Origin: Octopus vulgaris
Lineage: Eukaryota
NCBI GenBank assembly: GCA_951406725.2
Contig: OX597819.1
Location: 2,790,001 to 2,854,000 of the forward strand
Length of the DNA stretch: 64,000 nt
Reading direction: 5' to 3'
Both the position numbers and the translations under genes were made by a program. The notes beneath the pieces were generated by a model. It was not told the origin of the DNA and made no database searches. It was given only the letters and a program-made list of their open reading frames with translations. Shown in pieces: positions 1 to 12,973 of this stretch (its first letter is position 1; each line of letters begins with the position of its first letter).

Positions 1-368
1 TGGGCCTCTGAAGCCCAGGCTATCACAGTATCTTGTCCTACATCTTGATGGCAAATTTGGAGTCTTTGGCACTATGCAGTGGCACCCAGTTCGGGTATTT
101 GTGTAACTCTCGATGCCGAAGTTTGGGACAAGTCCTTCTAGGATCTTCCAGATGTATATTATGGCATATCTTTCTTGCCTACGCTCTAAGGAATAGAGTC
201 TCAATCTCTTGAGTCTTTCCCAATAGCTTATATGCTGCACAGAGGCAATCTTCTTTGTGTAGCTTCGTTGGATCACCTCAAGTTCTGTGATTAATTTGAC
301 ACTGGATGGTGACCATAGCTGAGAGCAATAGTCTAAGTGGCTTAGGACAAGTGTCCTTCATAGGACCA
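1..368 (-). mobile_element. CR1-group LINE, fragment of ORF2 C-terminal region
   Basis: Minus strand translates to ...LYSLERRQERYAIIYIWKILEGLVPNFG..., nearly the same as the element at 38453-39205 (LFSLERRRERYAVIYIWKILEGLVPNFG). Confidence 0.85.
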
Positions 369-1761
369 CTTGGGTCTTATATCTATTGTTTGAATTTCTT
401 TGAAATAGGAAATATGTGTTCACTGGGTTTGTAAAAGAGAGCAAAGCTACAGGAAACCAAAAGACAAATGATCACAATAAGCAGTCAGCTACAGTACCCT
501 AGTTGTTACCACTCCCAATGTAGGATTCCTCACCATGCAGGTGACAGGCACAGCCATAAGATGCATTACGAATCTATAGCAATTGGAAGGGCGTGACCCA
601 ACTGAAATAAACATTAACAACTGTGTGACGTGAGGGCTAAGGAGAAATGAAATTTGGAGTTTGCAAATGACCACTATACTGATACGTAACTGGACAGAAT
701 AAATATACAATCTATAAATGTCTTTGAATAACCAGTCACTCATCTGGGAAGGCCTTGAAATCAATGTTACCATGTGGGGACTATGTGTCACCCAGTGATA
801 ATAAAAAGACTGAAAGGAGGTCTGCAATCAAATAACTTTACTCAACACTTTGCAACTGAATCAGTGGAGGCAAAGATGCCTCATTTACTTGACAATTTAT
901 GCACCGCATTGCAGAAATCACAATGTAAGTGTATGTCAAAGCAAACTCTTACACTGTTGTACCATTGAATTACAAATAATGCTCATCTTCTATGCTCAGA
1001 TGACCCCCACCGCTTCCAAGAGTACAACTATTCCTCTTTGCTTAGATAAAATGACAAAATTGTTGGTGTTAAGTCCCCCTGAAGGGGTCTTTCTAACTTG
1101 TAAGAAGATGAAATTTTATAAATATTACTTCATTTGTATCTAATATCTATGGTTAAAATTTCATCAACAGCAAAAATATAGGAATTGTCATGGGGGGTTG
1201 TGGCCATTATGCATAGAATATAATTTCCAAATTTCGTAAAGATCCATTCAGTACTTTTGACTTAGTTTTGGATCATAAAAGAAATTACTAAAATTTGGGA
1301 GTTAAGGTCCCCATTAGGGTGTCTTAGAATTCTCATGTGAAGTGGAAACTTTGAGAATACTTCTTGATGTGTGTCAATTACCCATGGTTGAAATTTCATC
1401 AACATCAAAAATTTATGAATTTTCATGGGGGGTTCTGCCTCCTTTAAGCCATCTGAAATTCAAACCAAACATATTGCATTATACCTGCCCTTATGCATTG
1501 AATCTAAGTTTCAAATATCATAAGGATCCATTCAGTAATTTTTGTCCATGAAATTGTTTGAAACACACAGCATTACTCTTCTCCCTGGGCTTGGATTCTG
1601 TGTTCCAAATTTCATTATGATTGGTGCAGCAGTTTTCGAATGTATAAGTAATGCACGAACACATAAAGACATTGTCTTTGATATAATAAATATGAATGTA
1701 CACATATACATACATGTATATATATATATATGTGTGTGTGTGCGTGTGTGTGTGTGTGTAT

Positions 1762-1813
<52 letters not shown>

Positions 1814-2068
1814 AAGATAAATTGATAGATACAACTGAGTGGGCAAACAAAAATATGAAACACAGTGTAGTGCTTTTTTTATTTTGATAAGCCTGGTACT
1901 TATTCTATTAGTTTCTTCATTTGAAACCAGTAAGTTATGGGGATGTAAATAAACGAACAGCAGTTGTGAAGCAGTGATGAGAGTGAAACACAGAAACAAA
2001 GTCACACACATACACTTAAATATATACGATTGATTTCTTTAAGTTTCTGTCTACGAAATCCAAGTATG

Positions 2069-2115
<47 letters not shown>

Positions 2116-2118
2116 ATG

Positions 2119-2176
<58 letters not shown>

Positions 2177-2339
2177 GATAAACTGTGTGGGCAAACAAAA
2201 ATATGTGGGGTTTTTTTATTTTGATAAGCCTGGTACTTATTCTATCAGTTTCTTCTTGTGAAACCAGTAAGTTGTGAAGCAGTGATGAAGGAGAAACACA
2301 AAGACACACACATAGATTTACATATATACATACATATAC

Positions 2340-2495
2340 GATTCATTTCTTTCAGTTTCTGTCTACAAAATCCACTGACAAGGCTTTGGTTGGTGGGAGG
2401 CTATAGCAGAAGACACATGCCAAGTCACCACACAGTGGGACTGAACCCAGGACCATGTGTTTTGGAAGTTTGTTACCACACAGCCACACCTGCAC
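2340..2495 (-). mobile_element. tRNA-derived SINE with CORE-like motif (other copies at ~2685 +, ~12780 -, ~22435 +, ~29745 +, ~51720 -, ~51915 +)
   Basis: Recurrent head GGTGCAGGTGTGGCTGTGTGGTAA...GGGTTCAGTCCCACTG, followed by a CACCTTGGGCAAGT-like motif and a GGAAACTGAAAGAAG tail, seen repeatedly in the window. Confidence 0.7.
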
Positions 2496-3199
2496 CTTTG
2501 TATATGTGTGTGTGTATGGGTGTATGGGTGTATATATGTATGCATGTATATATGTGAATATATATGTGTACATATTACATGTACATCTATATATATATAT
2601 GTCTACATATACATCTATATGTATAGAAATAAATGTATACATATACAGCTATACACACATACACACACACACACACACATACATAGGTGCAGGTGTGGCT
2701 GTGTGGTAACAAACTTCGTTCCAAAACCCATGGTCCTGGGTTTAAATTTAAATTTAAAATAATAAGGGTGAGAAATTGAATATTAATTTGATTAATATGA
2801 ATTGGAAACCAGTGGTGTAGCATATAAGACCATAGCGGATGTTCTCCTAGCAAAATGGATGTCCACTGCTAATGGTTCATCCCTCTTATATAATAGTTTG
2901 ATTTTAATATTTTCACTATTAAAGTGAAAGTATCTGACATTACAATAGAGAGATGTTTTTGCTTCACTTTTAACACGTAATAAATAGTGAAGAAGATATG
3001 ATATTGCTGTGGGCTCGCCCTAGGCAGGAAGTCAAAAAAATTTTTGCCCATGACACTACATGGACCCTAAGTAAGGCATGTGTAAAATTGGAATGAAATT
3101 GGTTTGTGTAGTTCTCAAGTTTTAGGGATTCACACAGACAGACACACATTCTCAGTTTAAGTATATAGATGATGAATGGACTCTCAGATCATTAGATGA

Positions 3200-3476
3200 C
3201 GTATGAGGGTGCGACAATTTCTTACTGAACAACCACACAAATGATTCGTTTATTGTGATCAAATGTTTGCTTAGACAAAAGTTCACTCCCTCCATCAGAT
3301 CGACATTACCTGTACAGGTGCAACAGATGCCACATGTCAGATGTCAAAATGATCACAGAGCAATGTGAAATGAAGTCCTTTGCTCAAGAACACAATGCAA
3401 TGCCCGGTCTGGAAATCAAACCCACGATCTCACAATCATGAATGCAACACCCTAACCACTAAGCCATGTGCCTTCA
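3200..3476 (-). mobile_element. tRNA-derived SINE (related copies ~5140-5250 +, ~11570-11820 -, 42767-43021 -)
   Basis: Head GGCACATGGCTTAGTGGTTAGGGTG...TTTGATTTCC with A/B-box-like motifs, then GTTCTTGAGCAAAG; multiple copies. Confidence 0.7.
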
Positions 3477-3491
3477 TGCATATATATATAC

Positions 3492-3537
<46 letters not shown>

Positions 3538-3988
3538 TCATATATATAATTATTTGTAGGATTCAGCTGAATCAATGTATTTTAATAATATGGACACTAA
3601 GTTAGGGTCGAGATCTGCATATTCCTCTTAAGCTTTGACCCATACATATATAAAATCTGGTTATACCTCAGTCTACATTCACTCAGAAGTATTTGTTGTC
3701 AAAATGAGAGGGTCGACACAAATTCCACATCTTGATATTTTTTCTAAACCAAATTTATAAGTTTTCAATTTTAATTCATTGAAAGAAAACGATTTTTTTA
3801 ATGATGTAATCACTTTATTCATCAACAAAAAATGCATCTGAAACAGCTGTAGTGAACCTTAACCCGTTTGTGTTCTTTCTTTACATATACATATATATTA
3901 GGCAATGAGTGCAAAAATAAAACAAGACAACACAGGAGGGACACCTTTTAACAAATGTATTAGTTTAGTGCTTGAAAAGAAGGGAAAG

Positions 3989-4027
3989 TGTCTTAACGTT
4001 TTGGGTGCTAGTCCTTCATCAGAAAAA
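3989..4027 (-). ncRNA. degenerate minimal hammerhead ribozyme motif
   Basis: Minus strand reads TTTTT-CTGATGA-A-GGACTAGCACCC-AAAA-CG-TT-AAGAC, with GAAA mutated to AAAA. The downstream flank resembles that of the 41069 copy. Confidence 0.45.
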
Positions 4028-4917
4028 TAAAGAATGAGAAAATGTGGTTGGAAAAAGTGTGGGTTTTGGTGCCAAGGGGGAATGCAGTTTGATGAGGAGG
4101 TGTGGTGGTGTGTGCAGGTACTGTTTATAAAGATGGGCATAGGGCAAAACGTGTGTGCTTCTGGTGGTATAGGGTGTATGTGGTTTCTTGGAATGTGTAG
4201 TGATGTGGAATAGTGAGGGTGTGAGGAATGGTTCATAGGAGGAGGATGTGGCAGAAGTGAGTGAAGTGAAGGGGAAGGAAAGACGAATGTGATATTTAAG
4301 AAAAAAACACTGATAAAATAAAGCTGAGTAGATAATGAAAAAAATATACAAAAATTTAGTAAAATGATAACACTGGCGAAAAGTCTGGAGGTTATGTAGC
4401 AAGTATAAGGTCTGGATAAAGTTATAAAAGAAGGGTAAAAAAACAAGGGAAGGTTGTCCAAGTGGGCACAGGCAGAAAAACACTGAAGAAAATGTATTTC
4501 ATACATAGGAAAACATATACATACACATATATAAATAAAGTACCAGTTTTGCACTGGGGTTGATGTAATCGGCTTAATCGCTTTGACTGTCCTTGTTTGT
4601 CCCTTCTATGTTTAGCCCCTTGTGGGCAGTAAAGAAATATATATACATACACAATCAGACAGTCTTTTTCTTACTGGCATATGAATAACTGAGAATTCTT
4701 GATTATCACCCCCATTTCATGTTGGTCACAGTTGTCAGCAGGAATTTATTTTGTATGTATTCATTTTTGATACTGAAATTCATGCCAATGGCTGCTCTGA
4801 ATTATTTCCCTTAACTCATTTTCTTTTAAATTATGCAAATTACTCAAGCCATAAATGTTCTCTTCCCTTTCTGTATATGTCTAAGTTCTTTGCCTGCTGG
4901 AGAAAGAGTAGGGTTTG

Positions 4918-4960
4918 CTGTGCTGATGATGACTGCTGAGGCAGAAACACATGTATGTAG
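4918..4960 (+). ncRNA. possible minimal hammerhead ribozyme motif
   Basis: CTGTG-CTGATGA-TGAC-TGC-TGAG-GCA-GAAA-CACATG-TA-TGTAG; helix I is weak (mostly G-U pairs). Confidence 0.4.
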
Positions 4961-5765
4961 TTTGCATCTTGTATTCAGATAATCAGAAAATGAAGAATTT
5001 TCGTTAATGGCCCCTTTTCATTCAGAATTGATTCAATTACCACCAGGAATTTTTTTTTATCATCTCTTGAAGCAAAGGTCATTTCAATAAATCACAAATT
5101 TTTCTTGTATGGTATTTATTGTACCTTTATTCATTTTTGATGGAGAGGCACATGGCTTAGGGAGTTAGAGTCTTTATCTCATGACATAAGGTCATGGGCT
5201 CAAGTCCTGGACCAGGCATTTTGTCCCTGTCCAAAGCACTTCATTTGGCATTTCTCTTCTGCTTTTGTGCATGATCAAACAACCCCTGCTACCCTACTCC
5301 TCCCAACACCTCTGCACCACTCATTCCTATCAACCATGTACCCTGAAAGTTCACTCTGACACCTCATCACCACTTTTTATCATTTTCCAGCTCCTGTACT
5401 TATTTATAGAAACTCCAAATATACTGTACAAACATAAATATAAAAATTCACATATTCAGATGTGTATACACAAACCAAGTTTGTGCAAATCTGAACATAT
5501 TGAACATTGCTGATGTATTACATTATACAATATGAAATCAGATAAATTAGAATAATTTAAAGATATGAAAAAATATTAAAATAAAAAAATAATATATAAT
5601 ATAACATTAAAAAATTTTAAAGTGGGTTTACATCCATAGGGCTTTAATAGCAGATCAGTAGAGTAGATTGCATTATCTGTTAAACAGGTGAATGCACACA
5701 AGCACTGTGATAATCATGTGTGTGTGTGTGTGTAATTAGATGTGATAGTTAAAAAGCAATTTATA

Positions 5766-7024
5766 TTGGGTTGGCCAAAAAGTCTGTTTGGTCTTTGTTG
5801 ACACTAAACTCCAGGCACTCTAATAAGTAACTAACTTTAGTCTGTCTCTTGCACATGCACACGCATTAGATACTTGATACTTTAATGTAGTTCAATACAA
5901 ACTTTCTATGAGACAAGTTGTATTTTGTGTGCCTGGGATCAACCTAAAAATTGAGAACCAAAATGAACATTATTGACACCATGTGCTTTTTGATTTTAAA
6001 ATATGCAAGAAAGTGGTGGAAACCTTCAAGAAGATATGTGCTATGTACAGAGAGGATGCTGTTTTGGAATTTGTGTGCCAGATGTGGTTTTCAAAATTTT
6101 GATTAGAAAATTATTTGGTGCTTGCTCTGGCTGGCCAACTGAGATTAACAGAGACAGAATATAGGAATTAGCCAATACCAATCTCTGTTATATGACTAGA
6201 ATGATCACAGTTATTCACCAAATATCCAAACTGATCATTGAAAATCATCAGCATCAACTTGGTTACATCAGTTTAAGTCCCACAACAAGTGAATGTGGCT
6301 AACCTTGCCCGACAGTTGTCCATCTGTGATTTATTGCAAAAATGCGAAGAAAACAATCCTTTTTTGAGGAGAATGGTGATAGGGGATGAAGAATGAATCC
6401 TCTATAAAAATGTGAAGTACAAACGATCATAAGGGATGTGTGGTGAACCAACACAAGCTCCAAAGCAGGACTTCATCTGAAGAAGGTTATGCTTTCAATT
6501 TGGTGGGATGGCAAGGGTGTTGTCTTTTACGAGCTTCTTCCCCCAAACAGGTCCATCATTTCAAATGTGCACTGTGTCCAGCTGGACAAGTTAAATGCAA
6601 TGATCCACCACAAGCATCCAGCACTTGCTAATCATAAGGGTACTATCTTTCATCACAACAATGCTATACCAAACACTTCTTTGCAGACACAACAGAAGTT
6701 ACTAAGGCTTGATTGGGAAGTTTTGCTACACCTCTCATATTCACCTGAACGTGCACCTTCAGATTTTCACCTGTTTTGGTCTCTTTAAAATCTATTGAAT
6801 GAACAGACCTTCAACTCTGAAGAGGATGAAATAATGCACCAGGAAGTGTTTTTCGCCAGTAAAGACAAGTCTTTGAGCAGAGAATAATGGATCTGCTCAC
6901 AAGACGGCAGATGATAATGGAACGAAACAGTAATTATATCATTGACTGAATAAATCCCTTTGTGTTTAAAACTTATATCCTATTTCCTCTTAAAAAGAAT
7001 GAATGGATTTTTTGGCCAACCCAA
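5766..7024 (+). mobile_element. full-length but decayed mariner transposon (mellifera-like)
   Basis: TIRs TTGGGTTGGCCAAAAA...TTTTTGGCCAACCCAA with TA on both sides, 1259 bp. Transposase remnants MLSIWWDGKGVVFYELLPPN, FHHNNA and YSPERAPSDFHLF; many stops and frameshifts. Confidence 0.92.
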
Positions 7025-7370
7025 TATAAAAGGAGATTTGTGTAAAAATTAGGTATATATATATATCAATAATACAGTGATTGTTTCTTATCAGGAACAA
7101 AATGTTTAATAGGACTGCTATAGAAGTGCTCAATTAAATGAGACAAATATACTATATATAAAAGTATTAACTTTCAACCGCGATAAACTGTATTCACACA
7201 ATTTTTCTTGTATTTTCTTATATGCTTGTACTGATGAGTTGTGTTTCATCTTCCGTGATGTTATACATGTATATTCTATGTGAAAGAAAAAGCGTTATGT
7301 GATTAAATGTTCGAGATATGAAATGTTACGTGGATCGCCCTGTATTTGTTTGTTCTGCAACCATAGTTTA

Positions 7371-7414
<44 letters not shown>

Positions 7415-7689
7415 ACATGGTACTTATAAAAACACATAAATCTTAATGGTGGCATATAATCCATTTAGTAAACAAACAAAGAATGTATATGAAGATTGTA
7501 TAATGTAAATGTGAATAGTTTATAAGGGTGAAGCGTGTTAAGAGCATGTGTGTAGAGTAGAGGAATGTCTAAGGGTAAAGAATCATAGGAAACGAAATGA
7601 AAATGTATATAAGAAAAGGATTAAAAGACAGATTTGTGACAGACTCCAGAGTTAGTAAAAATATGTACAATGTCATCCAGTGACTGGTT

Positions 7690-8280
7690 TTAAAAAATAT
7701 AGAATAAGCTACCTTTTGAGAGGACATAAATGAACCAACACTAATTTAGAATTTAATACATTAAAAGGTTATGCAAGGATATTGATTTTGTTGTGTCATG
7801 AATTCACATAAAGAATCTTGCAAACGAAACAAAGATATTGAATTTTTTTTAAATAAGCAGTGGAGCACTTGCAGCCATTGATAGAGGCAAAAGATTTGAT
7901 AATGGAGCATCTAAGAAATTGGAGTGCTTTTTGTCTTTTACACTCCAAATATATTTCAAGTGTTGTTGCTGATTTTTTTGCATGTCTAAATTTGGATTTA
8001 AATGAGTTTTAGGTAGAGCCAACAAAGCATTTTATGTCCCTACTAATATTGGTGGAAATCCTGACACAGTAACAAACTTTTCTGAAGGCATTTACTATAT
8101 GGAGGGTATGTATTCTTATTAAGACAGTTGCACTGAGATGAGGAATCATGTGAGTAAGGGAACTACTTTCTTTCAATTTGAGGTTATATTTGTTAGAAAT
8201 TATGTGGAACTTATGGCTACTAGGAAATAATTTATTGACTAAATTAAGAAAATTAGATCTGACATTCAAATCAAGGTATT
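7690..8280 (-). mobile_element. decayed Penelope-like element (C-terminal/GIY-YIG region)
   Basis: Minus-strand remnants FLNLVNKLFPSSHKFHIISNKYNLKL, CFVGST and CKIL resemble the Penelope HFP..H.LHKIFNRN.VK, YIG.T and C.LC motifs; parallels 61021-61443. Confidence 0.55.
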
Positions 8281-8321
8281 TTTTGATATTGTTATTATTA
8301 TTATTATTATTGTTATTATTA

Positions 8322-8365
<44 letters not shown>

Positions 8366-8376
8366 GTTATTATTAT

Positions 8377-8452
8377 TCAGGTCACTGTCTGGAATCGAAC
8401 TTGGAATTTCGGGGTTAGTAGCCTGCGCTCTTAACCACTACACCATATGCCC
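8377..8452 (-). mobile_element. tRNA-derived SINE head followed by an (AAT)n tract
   Basis: GGCATATGGTGTAGTGGTTAAGAGCGCAGGCTACTAACCCCGAAATTCCAAGTTCGATTCCAGACAGTGACCTG: A box TGGTGTAGTGG, B box GTTCGATTCC, stems too imperfect for a real tRNA. Confidence 0.75.
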
Positions 8453-8539
8453 ACAGGTAGTGACCTGAACAACAACAACAACAACAACAAAATCGGAAAA
8501 TACCTTAGGAATGAGAACCCAGGTTCAAAATTTCCCCAA

Positions 8540-8585
8540 GACACCTGATGAAAGCTGGAGGGTATATCAGCCGAAACGTTGTGTT
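8540..8585 (+). ncRNA. minimal type-I hammerhead ribozyme motif
   Basis: GACAC-CTGATGA-AA-GCTG-(10 nt)-CAGC-C-GAAA-CG-TT-GTGTT: helix I GACAC/GUGUU, helix II GCUG/CAGC, palindromic ACGU helix III, GUU cleavage triplet. Confidence 0.7.
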
Positions 8586-8992
8586 AACAACAAACAAGAT
8601 GAGGAAAAATATCCGTTAAATGTAAATAATGTAAATAATTCCTCATCTCTTAAATATAGAACTGTAAGAAATAATAATTACATACCTGTGTAACTTTCAC
8701 TAACTAAAGTTTTTTTTTAAGTTCAGAATAAACAGAAAAAATCTTTAAAATTCCAATATTGATGAATTTCCATATAGATGTGGTTTTAATTGTCCTTCTA
8801 ATTCTATTATCAAATAACAAAATGAATCTTAATTTATTGTGAGTCTCCATCTTTGACTTCATTAATTTCTAACTTACTTTTGATTCAAAATGTTTCTTGC
8901 TTGCACCAAGAATGCACCAAGAGGTAAACCTGCTTGCAATGTTCATGTTCTGCACCCAAATTGAGTATTATAATTTTATCAATGACACACAC

Positions 8993-9195
8993 TGGTCTTC
9001 GTATCAATTATAAAATTTTTTGCAATTCACCATGTTTCAAATATGATGCATCTGGTTAGTACTTTCAGAACGTTTATGCTAACAAATTTATTGGTCTTCC
9101 TATCAATTATAAAAATTTATAGTAACTTTCAATGTTCGCTAACATGATGCATTTTGTTAGCACTTTCATAATGGTTATGCTAACAAATTCATAGG
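8993..9195. repeat. imperfect tandem dimer of a ~99-bp unit
   Basis: TGGTCTTC(G/C)TATCAATTATAAAA...ATGATGCAT...GTTAG.ACTTTCA...TTATGCTAACAAATT occurs twice in succession. Confidence 0.7.
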
Positions 9196-9417
9196 TCATT
9201 AATAACTATTTTAACATATAAACCAGAATTTCAAAAACATTGATAAAAAGAAAGAGATAAAATATACATTGATCATACATTTTATTTAGCTAATTATTCT
9301 TGTGTGGAAGAAGAACTATCTACAAATTATGCATTTTAATGATAATGTACACTGATCTTAGTATTAATTATACAATTTACCATAAATGTAATTTTAATTT
9401 TATATATATATATATAT

Positions 9418-9833
<416 letters not shown>

Positions 9834-10020
9834 GAAGTAAATATATGGCATAACAAAGTACCGATATTTACTGGAAAATAGCGAACGTAATAAATACGAC
9901 GCTAATGTACAGCTTCACTGCGTATGTACTGGCAAAAATGCGTGTGTGCAACAAACTTGAAAAAAATTTGTCTTACCTCCAGAGAGAACATCTGAAAGAT
10001 GAAATACCTAGAAAGGGATA

Positions 10021-10093
10021 ATGTGGGACCGGTTTCAGATTTTTCAAGATATGTCTGCACACATATACTTGATTTATCTTCATCAGCCAACAT
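10021..10093 (-). ncRNA. type-I hammerhead ribozyme motif with intact core
   Basis: Minus strand ATGTTGG-CTGATGA-AGAT-[extended hairpin TCAAG..ATATGT/ACATAT..CTTGA]-ATCT-GAAA-CCGG-TC-CCACAT: canonical core, GUC triplet, palindromic CCGG helix III. Confidence 0.8.
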
Positions 10094-10305
10094 ATACCCG
10101 ACAACATTTCAGATGTTGCCACATCAATGCCAATACACTCGACTGAAACCCCACTAGAATGGGAGAAAGCGCTAATGATCTGAATGATATGATATATATG
10201 TAAAAAATGTAATATATAAATAAATATCTGTAAATATGAACCATCCGATCTTCTGATTACCTCATTTCTTCTAATATATAATACCTGTACATCATCTCCA
10301 AACCT

Positions 10306-10360
<55 letters not shown>

Positions 10361-11237
10361 TATATATATTATCATCATCATTATTTAAGATCTGTTTTCC
10401 ATGTTGACATGGGTTGGACTATATATATAATCATGGGTTAAACTATATATATGCAGATCTAAGTGAAATTTAAAAAATCCTCTTTCCACTACATGTCTTG
10501 GTTTTAGTGTAGCCCAGTCATTTAGTAACCTCCTGACACAGAATAAATTTCTATTACATAATATAATTTGTATCTACATGCACACACATACACAGATGAT
10601 GTATTGGCACAGCTGTAGACCATTGAATTGAATATAGAAAATATTTCCTGCAGGCGAATGGAGGGATGAAATGCATTGTCTAAGAGGACTAGCAGGATTT
10701 GAACTTGTCATTAATCAACAAAATTATTTGCTCAGTACATGATCATTTATGCCACCGTTACTGACCCAAAAATAGACATCGCAATAAATTGTATTCAGAT
10801 AATAGTAATAATAATAGTTTCAGATTTTGTGAGTGGGGTTTAGTTGCATGATCATATATTTTATGATTTGAATTTGTACATTTTTGAAGTAACAAAGGAC
10901 TGAAGTTAAACAAAGTTTCATTTTATATATTTGAGAGTATTTAATAAAGTTCGTTGTTAGTTATCATTAGGCAAGTTTGTGAAACATCTTGCAAGAAGCA
11001 AATCAATTCTACAAATGTTTTCCCAGGGCAGCATAACAAGTGAGCTTGCTAGCATACACATTATACACCAAGTACATATTACATACACATTATATATGTA
11101 CACACACACACACATACACACACACACATATCAATGTTTGCTTTTATGTTCAGTTATAATAAAAACATTTTTACATTAATCTGATGGGTTACTCTATACT
11201 TGTGTAGAGTACAAATTTATTCTTATACAAAAATGTT

Positions 11238-11280
11238 GAGTGACTTCGAAGTTTCAGCTTGCTAACTCATCATCAGACAG
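11238..11280 (-). ncRNA. hammerhead-like motif inside a ~125-bp inverted repeat
   Basis: Minus strand GT-CTGATGA-TGAGTTAGCAAGCT-GAAA-CTTCGAAG-TC-AC. A degenerate inverted copy of the 3' half lies at 11292-11338. Confidence 0.5.
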
Positions 11281-12973
11281 TGGCTTAGCTGGCTGAGACT
11301 TCAAAGTCACTGTCAACAACATTTTTCTATAAGAATAATATATGTGTGTATGTGTGTATATATATATGAGAAAATGAAATATTGTTTAGAATGTTGAGAA
11401 AAAGAATTTTCATTTTAAAAACACATAAAGAGGTAAAAAAGAAAGCAGTTAAGCAACTTATAAACATTTAATTATGAAATGTAATGACAGCAAAAATTGT
11501 GGACTTGCTAGCTTTATGACCAGAGCAGTAATGCTTTTAATGATGGATGATGGGAGTCTCCTGTAGTCTGAGAAAGATAGTTCTGAAACTTCTTACTGAA
11601 CAACCTGCACAAATTATTTGTTTATAGTGATTAAATGCTTGTGCTGTACATTAATTCCCTCCCTACATCAAATTGATGTTGCCCTGAACAGGTGCATGGT
11701 GTACCACTCGTCAGGTGTCGAAGTGATTACAGAACAATGTGAGATGAGATAAAGTGTTTTGCTTAAGAACACAATGCACCACCCGGTCCAGGAATTGAAA
11801 CCACAATCTCACAATCATGTGGTGAAGGTTTCGAATCCTATACCTCATGAAAAAGAAAAAGACACAGAAGTAAGAAACACAAATATATAATATTGAAATT
11901 TTGGTGAAAACAAAACATATTTTCAGAATCACAAGTTTTGTTGTATGAAACACAAGGATAGTAAAATAATGAAGGAGAATAATTACTATTCCAAAATTCT
12001 GCTTAATATAATTTAGAAACAAAATTAACTTGATTGTCACAGTTGGAATGACAGCACTGATAATTCAAATGCTTCATCAGGGTTGACCTGGGATTTGGCA
12101 ATGGAAAATGTATTTCTGAATTTCTTGCTTTTTTTTCTTGCTTTTTTTTTTTGTATACCTTAAAATTATATTTTCATTTCAGTTCTGTGCTAAATTGTTT
12201 TCACCAACAAATACAGAGATATGTTTTTCATACGATACAATGTAAACATTACAATCATTGATGAATTCTTTTCATTATTATTCATTAACTTACTCAAGAT
12301 CATGGCAAAATTTTTTTTAATTTCTGGATTTACATTTAGCTTCCTGCAATTCTGTGTGAAAGAATCATGGAGAATATCTTGAAATGTTTCTTGTTTCTCT
12401 CATCTCACATCATTAAGCTGCACCTGAGCACTGTATACAATAATTTCATTATTATTAAAAGGACTTTCTTACTGAGTCATTTATATCATACTCATCATCA
12501 TCATTTTACCGTCCACTTTTCTATTCTTGCATAAGCCAACTATAATTCATTGAGGCAGATTTTCTATAGCCAAAGACCCTTCCTAACACGTGAAAGCATG
12601 GTACTTTCAGGTAAGGTAATATTTCCTCATGGCTGAACATGTTTACACAAAAGATTACAAACAAATTACACCACATGTAAGATGGTAACGCTCATTTACA
12701 ATTTCCACACAGATTCAAATATGTATGCACATATAGACACACATATATATATAAAGATGTGTGTGTGCGTGTGTGTCTGAAAGGCTCCTTCTTTCAAATT
12801 CCATCAACCAAATCAACACACAAGGCTTTGGTTAGCATGAGGCTATTGTAGAAAACACTTGCCCAAGGTGTCATGCAGTGGGACTCAACCATGTGACTGA
12901 AAAGCAAATTTCTCCACACAACCTGTCTCTCACCCTCCTTCTCTCTCTTTCTATATATACATAAACATATATA

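Noticed and set aside
370-1143. Possible exon or piggyBac-like Cys-rich remnant (WRQRC...CRNHNVSVC)
   Set aside because: No convincing motif series, splice pair or TIR; too degenerate to call.
3898-4554. 218-aa His/Pro-rich minus-strand ORF
   Set aside because: Low-complexity translation of a GT/GA-rich repeat region that overlaps a SINE end; no protein motif.
7225-7345. CTGATGA followed by a hairpin; also an isolated GAAACAGCTGTA at ~3840
   Set aside because: Only half of the hammerhead core is recognisable in each case, so they were not counted.
8377-8452. Functional tRNA genes (also 9650-9727 and 23110-23185)
   Set aside because: Acceptor and anticodon stems pair poorly and the sequences continue into repeat bodies, so they are SINE heads.
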